Assembly (NCBI RefSeq): GCF_009914755.1
Contig: NC_060944.1
DNA from: the human T2T-CHM13v2.0 reference genome, Homo sapiens
Reading direction: 5' to 3' (one strand)
Length of the DNA stretch: 64,000 nt
Shown here: piece after piece, positions 31,389 through 41,894 of the stretch
Position numbering within the stretch: position 1 is the stretch's first letter
How the letters are laid out: each line of letters begins with the position of its first letter
Notes under the pieces: generated by a model
Told to the model about the DNA's origin: nothing
The model's input: only the letters and a program-made list of their open reading frames with translations
Databases searched by the model: none
Position numbers and translations under genes: made by a program

Positions 31389-32614
31389 TTTTGCAGATTC
31401 CAGACTCCAGCACCTGAGGCTGGGAAGTGAGCATCTCCACCTGGACAGGCTGGGGCCTCACAACTCCCCCGTGAATTATGCATCCCTGTGGGCTGTTCCA
31501 CTTTTTTTCCCCCTTAGCCATAATGATGGCAATTTTCATATCTCCTTACTGTTTGGAGACCATATGGGGGCCAATGTGCAGAATAAAGAGAAGAGAAATC
31601 TCACAAGCCTGGCTCCGTGGACAGAGGCTTCGCAGCCCCAGACACATGAAGCAGCCACCACAGCAGAGGCAGCGACTCCTTGACCTGTGCCCAGCAGGAG
31701 GGGCGAGGCCAGGAGCTGGCACTGTAGCCTGAGCAAGTTGCTTGCCCTGTTGGTGGAGTGGCACTTCAGGTCCCTGCCCTGCAGGCTTGTTGGGGGGCGA
31801 GTAAACAGTGAGCCCAAGTTCCACGAGAGGCCACCTGGGACGTCCTTATTGTTGGACTGATCCCATGAAAATATGCCGTACCAGGGAGCCTCAGGTCTCA
31901 CTGCAGCCCTGCGGCTGGCTGCACAGTGATTAGAGGCTCTGATTGGCAGTTTTACTTGTGTTTAATTAACAAAAATGGGAAAGGGAGCCGTGGTCACCTG
32001 TGGGCCTTCCCAGCTTCTGCTAGTAAGGAGGAATGTCTGGGGGCACTCAGGCATCGGTGGCAAGCAGCGGGCTCGCAGCCACGCAAGTGCTGCACTCACG
32101 GGGTGGGCCCACCTGCACTTTTGTCTGGCTTCACAGGGTCTGTCTGGAAGCCTCCTGAAGAAATGGCCCTGACACTGCCATGCACTGCCAGTCATTCTCG
32201 AAGCGCTCCAGCTTGCGGCAGGAGGCCTCTGCTTAACAACCTTGGGCAGCTGGCAGAGAGCTAGGAAGCCAGGGCCTCCTCCAAGAGGAAGTGAGCGACT
32301 ACTCTCCTAGAAAACAATATCTGGAATAAGATGGGCGCCATCTTTGTATAGGACAAATGCCTAGGCAGGGTGGCCCTGGCGTTTGGAAGAGTTGGTGTGA
32401 GGGCTCCGTATTTTGATGAGGAAAGAGCCCAGCCAGTGGAATGACAGACAGGAGGCACCCTCTGCACAAACACCAAGGCAGGGCCCAGCCATTCAGCCTC
32501 CTAGAGGAGTCACCTGCCCTTTGTGGGGAGGGTGGGGCAGTGGTTCTCTTTGCTAGGTCAGCATTGGAATCATCTGAGCTGCTTTTCAAAAATTACTATG
32601 GAATCGCAAACCAC

Positions 32615-32880
32615 ATACCCCATGTTCTCACTTGTAAGTGGGAGCTGAATGATGAGGACCCATGGACGCAAAGAGAAGAACAGACACTGGGGCCTGCCAG
32701 AGGTTGGAGGGTGGAAGGAGGGAAAGGAGCAGAAAGCATAACTGCTGCACACTAGGCTTATACCTGGGTTATGAAATAATCTGTGCACCAAACCCCCATG
32801 GCATGAGTTTACCCATAAAACAAACCTGTACGTGCACCCCTGAACCTAAAAAAAACTTTTTAAAATATAAAATTAAAAAG
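32615..32880 (+). mobile_element. L1PA13-16-type 3' end fragment
   Basis: catgttctcacttgtaagtgggagct...gaaataatctgtgcaccaaacccccatg...cccctgaacctaaaa plus A-tail. Confidence 0.85.
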
Positions 32881-33629
32881 TAAATTCCTGTGCCCAGCTT
32901 CACCCTGATTCCCTGCTCCCAGCACACCCCTTCTCCATCAGAACCCCCAGGAGAGTCTCACTCAGCCCCTGCCACCAGGCCACAGAGCAGAAGGGCACAG
33001 CTGAGGCTCACAGGGCCATCCTCTGCTCCTCAGGAAGCCACCCTCGTGCTCCAGGTGGAAATCAGGCCCCACCTGTGTCTTGACTCAGTTCAGAGTCAAG
33101 AGAAACTTAAAAGAGAGATTCAGGGGACAATGTCCTCCGTCGATCCACATCAGCCTTGCCTTGTCCTTGTCCGCTAGTGAGAAGTCTCGTAATACAAAGA
33201 AAAACGCGCCTGGACTATGCCTTCTGAGAGTCTCCAGTCCATCCTCAGAACACACCGACAGTGCATGGTGGCAACGGGGCCAGTTCTGCAGGTGGCTTCC
33301 AGGCAGGCAGTCCCTACAGGCAGTCCCTGCAAAGTCCCCAGTCCCATCCTTTGTCCCCACCATCCAGGCACTCACATCCCAGCGATCTTAGAAATACTGC
33401 TTTCTGTAGGATTTCTTCTGCAAACGAGTGACCCAAGAGCCCCGTACTTGGCATTATTATTTTCCTGCTCTTGGCAAGCATTTCCTTGGCCTGGCTGCCC
33501 TTCCTGGGAGGCTGTGTACTTGCAGCAATAACGATGACTCGAACAACGTCAGCAACTGCAGCTGCCTCCCGGGGAGGGCCTGCGCCAGCCAGGGGTCATC
33601 CCACATCCCTGGACACCCCAGGATGACTC

Positions 33630-33677
33630 CTTTATTAATCTTCTCTCCTGTCCTGTCCTGCTGGTTCTCTCTTGCAG
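33630..33677 (+). promoter_or_regulatory. Branch point region, polypyrimidine tract and 3' splice site of the SYNDIG1 exon
   Basis: TATTAAT followed by CTTCTCTCCTGTCCTGTCCTGCTGGTTCTCTCTTGCAG. Confidence 0.8.
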
Positions 33678-33815
33678 AGCGACTACTCAAGCGACACAGA
33701 GAGTGAGGACAATTTCCTCATGATGCCCCCGCGGGACCACCTGGGCCTCAGTGTCTTCTCCATGCTCTGCTGCTTCTGGCCTCTGGGCATCGCAGCCTTC
33801 TACTTGTCCCATGAG
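33678..33815 (+). CDS. SYNDIG1: Internal coding exon (138 nt, phase 0/0) of synapse differentiation-inducing protein 1; encodes [46 protein letters not shown] (N-terminal part of the CD225/dispanin domain)
   Basis: Polypyrimidine tract plus TTGCAG acceptor ending 33677; GAG|GTAAGG donor at 33816; 46 open codons with the dispanin motif [21 protein letters not shown]; peptide recognised as SYNDIG1 (approx. aa 161-206). Confidence 0.95.
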
Positions 33816-36800
33816 GTAAGGCCTCCTTGGTCTGTCGCACGTGGTGTGCAGGTGTTCACAGGGTGGGGGTGGGGGCGGCAATCCCAGCCGAGGAGGAGAA
33901 GCAAGGAAGCCCAAACAGCTCCTGCTACAGCTGGGTCGGCACTTGCCCAGTTGGAGGATAGGCTGGGAGAAGTCGGGGCACCCTGGGGCCGGGAGGAGGC
34001 ATTCCGGCTGCCTCACCCCAGATGCAGCTGTGTCCTCGCAGAGGTGGGACTGCGTTCCGAAGAGGCTTTGGAACTGAAGCCGGTGTCTGCTGGGTAGAAG
34101 GCACATGGCCTTTGGGAGGCTGTCTTTCATTTAGGTGCTGGTGTTGTGTGTGTGGGGTGACCCCAGTGCCGGGAAACACCATGCCCAGGTGGGCTACATT
34201 GAACTTAATGAGAGAGGAGAAAAGTAGGGTTCTGATTTCCTTGCTAAAGGCTCATTCCTGTAAAATAGATTCCAGTTCCACAGCAGCCCCCATGTACCTG
34301 CCCCAGGTAAACGCCCTGCTTGTGGAAATAGCACATCTCAGCATGACATCTGCCATTCCTCCCCAGCATAAGGCTTCTAAAGGTTTCGATTCCCAGCCTT
34401 TTTCACTACAGAGCATCCTGTTTGTTGCCCCTTATGCAACCTACATTTTGAAATATTTGGAAGGAATTTTCTCTAGCAAGTTCAGAGTACTCATTCAGAA
34501 ATCAGCTATATTCACATTTTCATTAATCAGAGAAAGACATTTCTACTTGCCAATTACAGAGTGAGCTGATGGCATTACCATGGCCCACTGCTATCTGCCC
34601 AACCAAAACAGGGAGAAAGAGCACTCCTCTGCTGGCCCAGGGTCGGGGTGGTGCTGCGCACCCATGGGGTGTTCTCAGGGAGGGCTGAAGATGCCTCAAA
34701 GGTACAGAGGGTCCCTCTCCAGCTTCTAGGGTTCAGGACCAGGGCTGCACACAACTGAGCCTGGCAGGTCCTTCGTCTGAAACAGATTTCCTGGCTGAGC
34801 CCAGCAGTTGCTTCTTGATGGCTTCTGTATTGGTTGGGTTTGTTGGACGAGTGAGAGGAGAATCCGCCCTGCCTTTATGGGATTTCTGTTTTCCCCTGCA
34901 CATCTTGAGTGGTGACTGGCCCCTCTTTCTGACATCCAAGGAGGAGCAGGGGAGAGTGGTGGGTGGTCTGTGGTCCTCCTGAGGGCAAGCGCTTCCTGAC
35001 AGGGCACAAGAAGTTGGGAAGCTTTTGCAGGCAGGGGTGTAGCTGGAGGGGCACAGTGGGGAAATCTTGATCTGCCGGGGCTAGGCTGAGCAGTTTTTCC
35101 AGACCCAGCTTTGATCTTGAGCGTCTGTCGGAGCTTCTCTTGTGACTTCGTCCCACAAATGCCACAGAACCCCTTCTCCATCAGCACAAGCATGGGGTGG
35201 GAAGCCTGACTCCTGGGTCTGGCAGGGCCTGGTGGCTGTGGAGTGGATGCAGGCATGAGTGAACCCTGCTTCAGGATGAGGTCCCAGACTGGGACACACA
35301 GGAGCTGGAGAAATGGGTGTGGGCACAGGCCCATGGTGGGCAGAGCCTGCTGTGCCACATAAACTGCACCCTGATGCTGCCAATAGACAAGAGCAGTCTT
35401 GCAAGGGAAGGAGAGATTGGGCCCGGGAGCTGGACAGGTGACATCAAACGCACCCCCGAAGCCTCCCTTGTACACTCCAGCCCTGCGTCATCTCCATGTG
35501 GGGAAGGATAGGGACACACCCACCATCATGGGGCCCAGCCGCTGAGGCATCCCTGTAAAAGTGCCACAGAGTGCTGGGTGGATGGAAGCCCTGGATAGAT
35601 GGCAAGGGGCCACAGGGAGAGGCTGCCTACGTGGCCAAAGGAGAGACCAGTCCTTTGTGGTGTCCGTGGTCTCTGCTGCTCCGTGTGTTCAGATTGAAGC
35701 CCCAGTCTCTGGTGCAGGGCAAGGTATGGACAGCGTCTCTATCCAAAAGATCACCATTATAATAATAAAGAGCAAGGCTACAACTGCAGAGACTGTGTCT
35801 AGAGTCTTTCTCAGAAAGTAATTTTATTCTGAACACAGTAAGAGCCTCTTAGGCTTGGGTCTGAGGACTCATGGTGTTTGATACATTAGATAGTGAAGAG
35901 GATTTCTATTACTTGTTTAGCTGCAAATGGGAAATGCACTTTCTATAGAGGCTTCTGACCACATTTTTTGGAGGTGAAGTGGAAACATTTTCGGGGGTGG
36001 GTGTAGGTGTTGCCTTCACTATGGGCGTAGAGAGGAGCTCTCAGGGCCGCTGGCTGCAGCCTCCCTTTTCAGTGTGCTTTGAGAATGTATTTCCCTGTGG
36101 TAAAACTACAACAGAGAAGAGGTGCTAACACTTTTATAAAGATACCTGTGGAGCTGAGTCCCCTTGGCAGGGCCTGTGTCTGCATCCGTCTCCAATCAGA
36201 ACTCCCATCCCAGGCAGCTCCCCTCAGTCTGCAGTGGTGGTTCCGGGAGCTGCTGCAGATCCTGGAAACAAGCAGCCCTGCACAGGACGCCTCAGCCGGC
36301 TACCAGGCTGCTGAGCATTCTGTTTACAGCCCGCACCGCAGATGCGTGGTCTCCAGCAGGCCATCGTGGGGAAGCCGGCAGCTGCCAAGGAGAGAGTGTG
36401 GCACAGAATAGAACAGATGCAATCTGAGAATCCTTGCACTAAATTAAATCAGTGCTTTCCTAAGCGAGGCCAGCTGGGAGTGCGAAGCCCAGGACTGGAG
36501 AGGGGGAAGCCCGGAGCCCTCTCTGCCGCAGTGGCCAGCACATCCTGCTGCCTTGTTGGGTCAAGGGGATGATGCACCTGGGCAAAGAGCATGTTGGTGG
36601 AGCTGAGGCTCTCCAGGCCCTCAGTGCCATTCACAAGGAAATCTTTGACATCTAAGTGTGACTTTGGGTTTTTTTTCCCTTTTATCTCAGATCATATCAC
36701 AGTGTACTCACTGACAGTCAGGCTGTGTCTGCTCATTGTCAAAATAACTGTTCAGTGAAGTCAAAGGAACATGCCAAGCCATTACAGAAAAACAAAACAA

Positions 36801-37267
36801 CATCTTATGGTGGTCTGATTAAATTGGGCAGTGGAGAAAATGAGGGATGCCATCTCTAGAATTATGCACCTCCAGTATGTTGTTTTGTCCTGTTGTAGCC
36901 TGGTCCCATTTAGCAGGCAGCTCTCCCATGCCTCTGTTTCCTGACCCATACAGTGATGTTAAAATGATTTCCAGGGTGTGCGGTTAGCTGAGGGTTAGAG
37001 ATGAAGGCCAGTGAAAGTTCCCAGGAGGCACCTGCAGAGCAGCTGCTGCTGGTCGTGCCCTGCTGGAAACCTGAGTTCTCCAGGTGCTGGGGGTCCAGAG
37101 GCCAAGGAACACCTGGAAAGACACAGACACACCTTTCCCAGCAGATTTTGCTAATTCTAAAAATATGTTCATGAAGTAGCATAACAGTAGTAATCAAAGT
37201 GTTAGTGAGGTGGGTAACATTGGCTGACCACCTACTGTGCGCCAGGTTCAGCGCTGGAGCCATGCAC

Positions 37268-37420
37268 CCTTGCTTCCAGGATGTGGTCCTGGACCCCCTA
37301 GGCACTTGCTAGAAATGCACACTGTCTGGTCCACCACACACCTGCTCAGTCAGAGTCTCTGGGGCAAAGCCCAGGAATCTGCATTTTGAGGAGGCCTCCA
37401 GCTCCTCATGGATGCTGCTG
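37268..37420. mobile_element. MER5A-like DNA transposon remnant, within a MIR-like segment (~37180-37720)
   Basis: tgtggtcctggacc...cttgctagaaatgca...gcccaggaatctgcatttt. Confidence 0.65.
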
Positions 37421-38019
37421 CCATCACCCGGGAGGGGCCGTGGTGACCTGTGCTGCAGTCTCGGCTGGGAATCTAATAAGAAGTGGGAAGCTGCGGGATG
37501 TCTTTTGGAAGAAATGACCCCTGGGCTTTGGTTGTGGTGTGAAAGGAAGAGGGAAGGGAGGGATGCCCTGGGTTCTGATGTTGCTCGGTTGTGAATATTG
37601 CTGTCTTACATGCATTATCTCATAGGAACTCCATGACATGGGTGCTGAAATCAGGGTTCAGTGAGATTGAGAGATGTGCCTAAAGCCAACATTGGTGAGC
37701 AGTAGGCTGGAGCTAGCAGGATGTGCAGGTTCGGAAGCACCTGCCTTCTCTGGGGGAGGCATCTGGCTTGTCCCTGAGCTGTGGGGTGGGGGTGGGTGGG
37801 CAGATGAGGGCAGCATGTTGTCTACAACTTCATTTTGCCCAACAATGTTCCATCCAGCCCCCATTGCAAGCACGCTTTGTAAACCAGTTCATACAGAGGA
37901 GGATGTGGGTGTGTGCGATTAGGGTGGTGTGGCTTCATCTAGGAACTGACATTTGTGAATGATACTGAGGATAGACATGAATCCCATAATTGGCTGAGTG
38001 GCTGCTGTCAGCTAGTTAA

Positions 38020-38150
38020 TGCACACACTTTATCTTATTTAATCTTTGCAGTGAGTCCAGAAGGTGGAAAATTATTATCTCCGTTTTACAGATTAACAAA
38101 ACTGAAGTTTCAAGGGATTTAATAAGTAACAGAAATCACAGAGGTAGCAA
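38020..38150 (-). mobile_element. MIR fragment
   Basis: tatcttatttaatc...attattatctccgttttacagat...aaactgaag. Confidence 0.65.
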
Positions 38151-38727
38151 GTATGGGCACATGAGGGAAATATTAATATTTCTAACCCTTAAAGCCATAT
38201 TTTCTGCAATGTAGCTTTGACTTTTATCTGTTTGCAAATGAAAATAGAACCACAGTCCTTGCTTCTAAATTCACCATCCCCCCACCCTGCTTGGAAAGGC
38301 TTGCAGGGGAGGAAAGCCTGTCTGAGCATGGTGTGGCATTGGTCTTCATGGCACTTCACTCCATCCCATGTGATGGGGGCAGCCGGGGACCAAAGCCAGA
38401 TCCCTGCCCCCAAGGTGGGCATTGGGCCTGGACCTGCGCCGGGCAGGCCCGAGGGTTCCTGTGTTGACTGTGCTGGCAGATGTCTTTGCATCCAAGCATT
38501 TATTATGTCTTGATCTAATTTCATTTCATAAAATGTTTCTTTCCTTTACTAACTGCAACATTATAACAATAATTAAATGAGAAAAGGGTATTAGGAAGCA
38601 GATTATGAATTTTATGAATAGTACCAGCAAAGGGAATTGGGCAAACTAGGGGAAAAAAGAGAATCTTTTTATGGTACTGAAAATCTAGAAGAGTGCAACC
38701 TAGCTAATAGCAAAGCCCCTTGGAATC

Positions 38728-39800
38728 CATTCATTTACCCACTGATTAGTGAACACCTCCCACGTGTTCAGTAAGTGCCAGGCATGCAGCAGTGAACAGA
38801 GCAAACCAAATCCCGCTTGTCAGAGCTAACGTGCTCGTCGCCTGCCTCTCTTCCTTGCAATGTCAGCTTTACTTTTCTCCGTTTTACTCACTGGCTATTA
38901 GCTGCGGATGGACATGGGGAGCGTGGAACTGGGAGAAACGTTTTTAACAGGGTGGCCGTGGCGGGGCTCGCGGAGAGGATGGTGTCTTCTGATAAAGCCG
39001 CCAGTTGAGCCAGGGGGAGCCCTTGGGGAGGAGCTTCCAGACAGAGAGGCCTGCAGTGCCGAGGCCCTGGGGGGAGCACGTGGGGCAGGTGGGGCCGGCG
39101 CGGCGGGGCTGGGGGCCGCGGGTGTGGAGTGGGGAATGGGGGTAGGGGTAACTAACAAGGCGGGGCCAACAGGGGCAGACCCCGAGACTCTTTAGGCTGT
39201 GACCGAGCGGGGCTTCCACTTTGGGATAAGAAGCCTCGGGGGTTTGAGCGGAGGAGAAGCCCCTGTGGCCACATGCTCCCGGGAGCCTTCAGAGAACAGG
39301 GCGGAGGGGGAGGCGCAGGGCGACGACGGCAGTGGTCAAACGCAGAACCGTGGAGTCCTGTGCTGCAGGAGTGGCTGGGAATTTCATAAGCAGTGGGGAG
39401 CTGCGGGGTGTCTTCTGGGTGAATGACCCCTGGGCTTAGGTTGCAGTGTGAAAGGAAGAGGGAAGGGAGGGATGCCCTGGACCAGGGGTTTCCTGCAGCC
39501 GGATAGGCAGCACCTGCAGCGGGGCCTCTCAACTCCAGGAGCTGTCGGCCTCTGCGTGGAGGCACTGAACCATGGGGGCTCCAGGGAGACGTCTGGGCCG
39601 AGGGTAGGAGTGTAAGGCCTGAGCTGGGGATCAAGCACCGGCGCGGTGATGAGGGGCCCGTGGGAGCATTGACCGCTGATGAGCAGCTTCAGGCATGCAG
39701 GGAGGGACAGCACCGAGGAGCGGACTCCAGAGCAAGAGGAAGGGAACCATCCAGCGATGCAGAGCTGCACTGCTGGGACTTGGATCAGCAGGCACAGCAG
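38728..39800 (-). mobile_element. L2 element, unusually GC/CpG-rich
   Basis: Antisense L2 3' end (cattcattt...gtgccaggcatgcagcagtgaacag) and L2 body motifs (cagggtggcc..., ttccagacagagaggcctgcagtgccgaggccctg). Confidence 0.6.
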
Positions 39801-39899
39801 AGGGGCGCGGAGGGACTTGTGGGTGCTGGGGACATTCTCTTTCCTGACCTGGGTACTGGCTGTATGCTTGTGGAAACTCATTGAGCTTTATTTACACCT

Positions 39900-39901
<2 letters not shown>

Positions 39902-39930
<29 letters not shown>
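39902..39930. repeat. (TG)n microsatellite
   Basis: About 14 TG units. Confidence 0.95.
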
Positions 39931-39931
<1 letters not shown>

Positions 39932-39984
39932 ACTTTTCTGTAAGAATACTATACTTCAATTAAAACATTTAGAAAATGCACGTA

Positions 39985-40220
39985 TTTGGGAGGCCTAGGG
40001 AGAAGAACTGCTTGAAGCCAGCCTGTGCAACAGACCCCATGTATACAAAAATTTTAAAAAAAAAAATTAGCTGAGCGTGGTGGCTCATGCCTGTGGTCAC
40101 AGCTAGTCATGAGGCTGAGGCAGGAAGATCACTTGAGCCCAGGAGTTCAAGGCTGCTGTGATCTATGATCCCACCACTGCACCCAGGCCTGAGTGACAGA
40201 ATGGGACCTTGTCTTTAAAT
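39985..40220 (+). mobile_element. Partial, internally deleted Alu (AluJ-like)
   Basis: tttgggaggc...A-linker...right arm; no long tail. Confidence 0.85.
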
Positions 40221-41439
40221 ATACATATGGAAGTGCAAAGAGAGTAGCTGAACATAGTACATCTAGTTATCTTTTTTTTTTTGAAGAGTTTTGCTGTAAA
40301 TGGAGAGTGAGAAATGGGATGCTATTTAATGAGGTCATGTCAAGAGTGTTCTTTTGTTTTTTGTTTTTGCTTTTAAGTGGGAGAAATGATAGCATACTTG
40401 TTCATAATGAAAATGACCCAAAAGAGAGAAAAATAGATGTTGTGAAATACAGTGGGAAGGAGAATGGGGGGACAGTTAGGGGAGCAATAAAAAGCCCCCA
40501 AGCACCTCGCACATAGTTGACATCACACACTTCTTGGGGCAGATGCAGATGAGGTATTAGGCTGCGAGAGTCATGTAGCTGTTCCCAGGTCATGCTTCCA
40601 AGGGTAGAGCCAGGATTCGGTGCCCCCACCATCAATGCCCACTTCTGGGTCAGTGGTCAGTGATTATGTCACTTAGTGACAGATTCCACCAAATACTGCC
40701 CAAGTGTTAGAGGAAATCATAGTCTTGCTTTTCACATTACAAATACCCACATAGGGAAGAACTATAGAAGTCTGATATCCTTGCCTCTTGTTTTCAGTTA
40801 AATAGCAGCCCTGCTTGCAGCTCCCAGGGATAAGTCTGTCCTTCTCTCTCTGACTCCATTAAAACTGGATCATATTTAATTATGGGAGAGAACCAAGCTA
40901 TCTTGGGTAATGATATATACTAAAGGTATTTATTATTTCTCCTGAATTTAATGTTCTGTAGCAGAGTAGAAGTATAAGTCAAGTACAGGCTGTTCTTTCT
41001 CCTCTGAATAAGATGCTCTGCAAATTCTGCAAAGGTGGAGGGAACAATTTTGGGATTTGGGTGTGAAAACTTGTCACTCAAGTAAGCCTTGTAGGACATT
41101 AAGGGACACGACACCATCATTGTTCCAGCAGGAATTAAGTGCTTCCCTTCTCAATCTTACTCTGGATATTAATTCTAATTCTTTATGGCTGGTGTGTGGG
41201 ATGCAATGTTTTCTATCCATTTCCCAGAAAGAGCCTAAACCTTCCTGTAACCACCGTCAAGACATTGCTCAGAGAGTGTGGGGACATGGGTTCCTCCCAG
41301 AGATCCAAACAATGCCAGCAGTTGGAATTTGCTTTCTTAGTTGTGTTCTTGAGCTGCCAGGCTGTTGATGAACTAATCAACAGGGCCATCATAATCAGAC
41401 TTGGATGATTTGCCCCCACTTTCCAGGTTTTTAAAATTA

Positions 41440-41735
41440 ATTATTTAATTTTTGAGACAGGGTATCACTCCATTGCCCAGGCTTGAGTGCAGCGGCACGA
41501 TCATGGCTCACTGCATCCTCAGCCTCCTAAACTCAACCTATCCTCACACCTCAGCCTCCCAGGTAGCTGGGAATACAGGTGCCTGCCACCACACCCAGCT
41601 AATTTCAATATTTTGTAGAGATGGGGATCTCTCTTTGTTTTCCAGGCTGGTCTCAAACTCCTGGGCTCAAATGATTCTCCTGCTTCAGCCTTCCAAAGTG
41701 CTGGGATTACAGGTGTGAGCCACCCCTGTATGGCC
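41440..41735 (-). mobile_element. Alu (AluJ-like)
   Basis: Antisense dimer with AluJ-type gatcatggctcactgc. Confidence 0.9.
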
Positions 41736-41894
41736 CCCAGTTTTTTAATATGGAAAGAACAAGTTGATTTGCCCATGGAAAAAGTTGAGGTCAGTAAATC
41801 ATCTGAAAGTAGGGAGAAATCAGGAAATCCTGAGGACTTCAGCTCAACGTCCACACTCTGGCCCACTGCTGCTGGAAAAACTCAGTTTGTCTTT

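Noticed and set aside
30435-31683. Long Pro/His/Cys-rich ORFs (413, 295 and 225 aa, plus antisense Gly-rich ORFs)
   Set aside because: They arise in nearly all frames from a stop-poor 16-bp minisatellite; the unit is not a multiple of 3, and there is no gene structure
33672-34097. 141-aa ORF as a stand-alone gene
   Set aside because: Only 33678-33815 is exon; the ORF begins at the TTG of the splice acceptor and reads through the GT donor into intron
34726-35475. 249-aa minus-strand ORF, and the many other 60-200-aa ORFs in GC-rich intron or Alus
   Set aside because: No recognisable domain; lengths are as expected by chance in GC-rich DNA or from Alu translation
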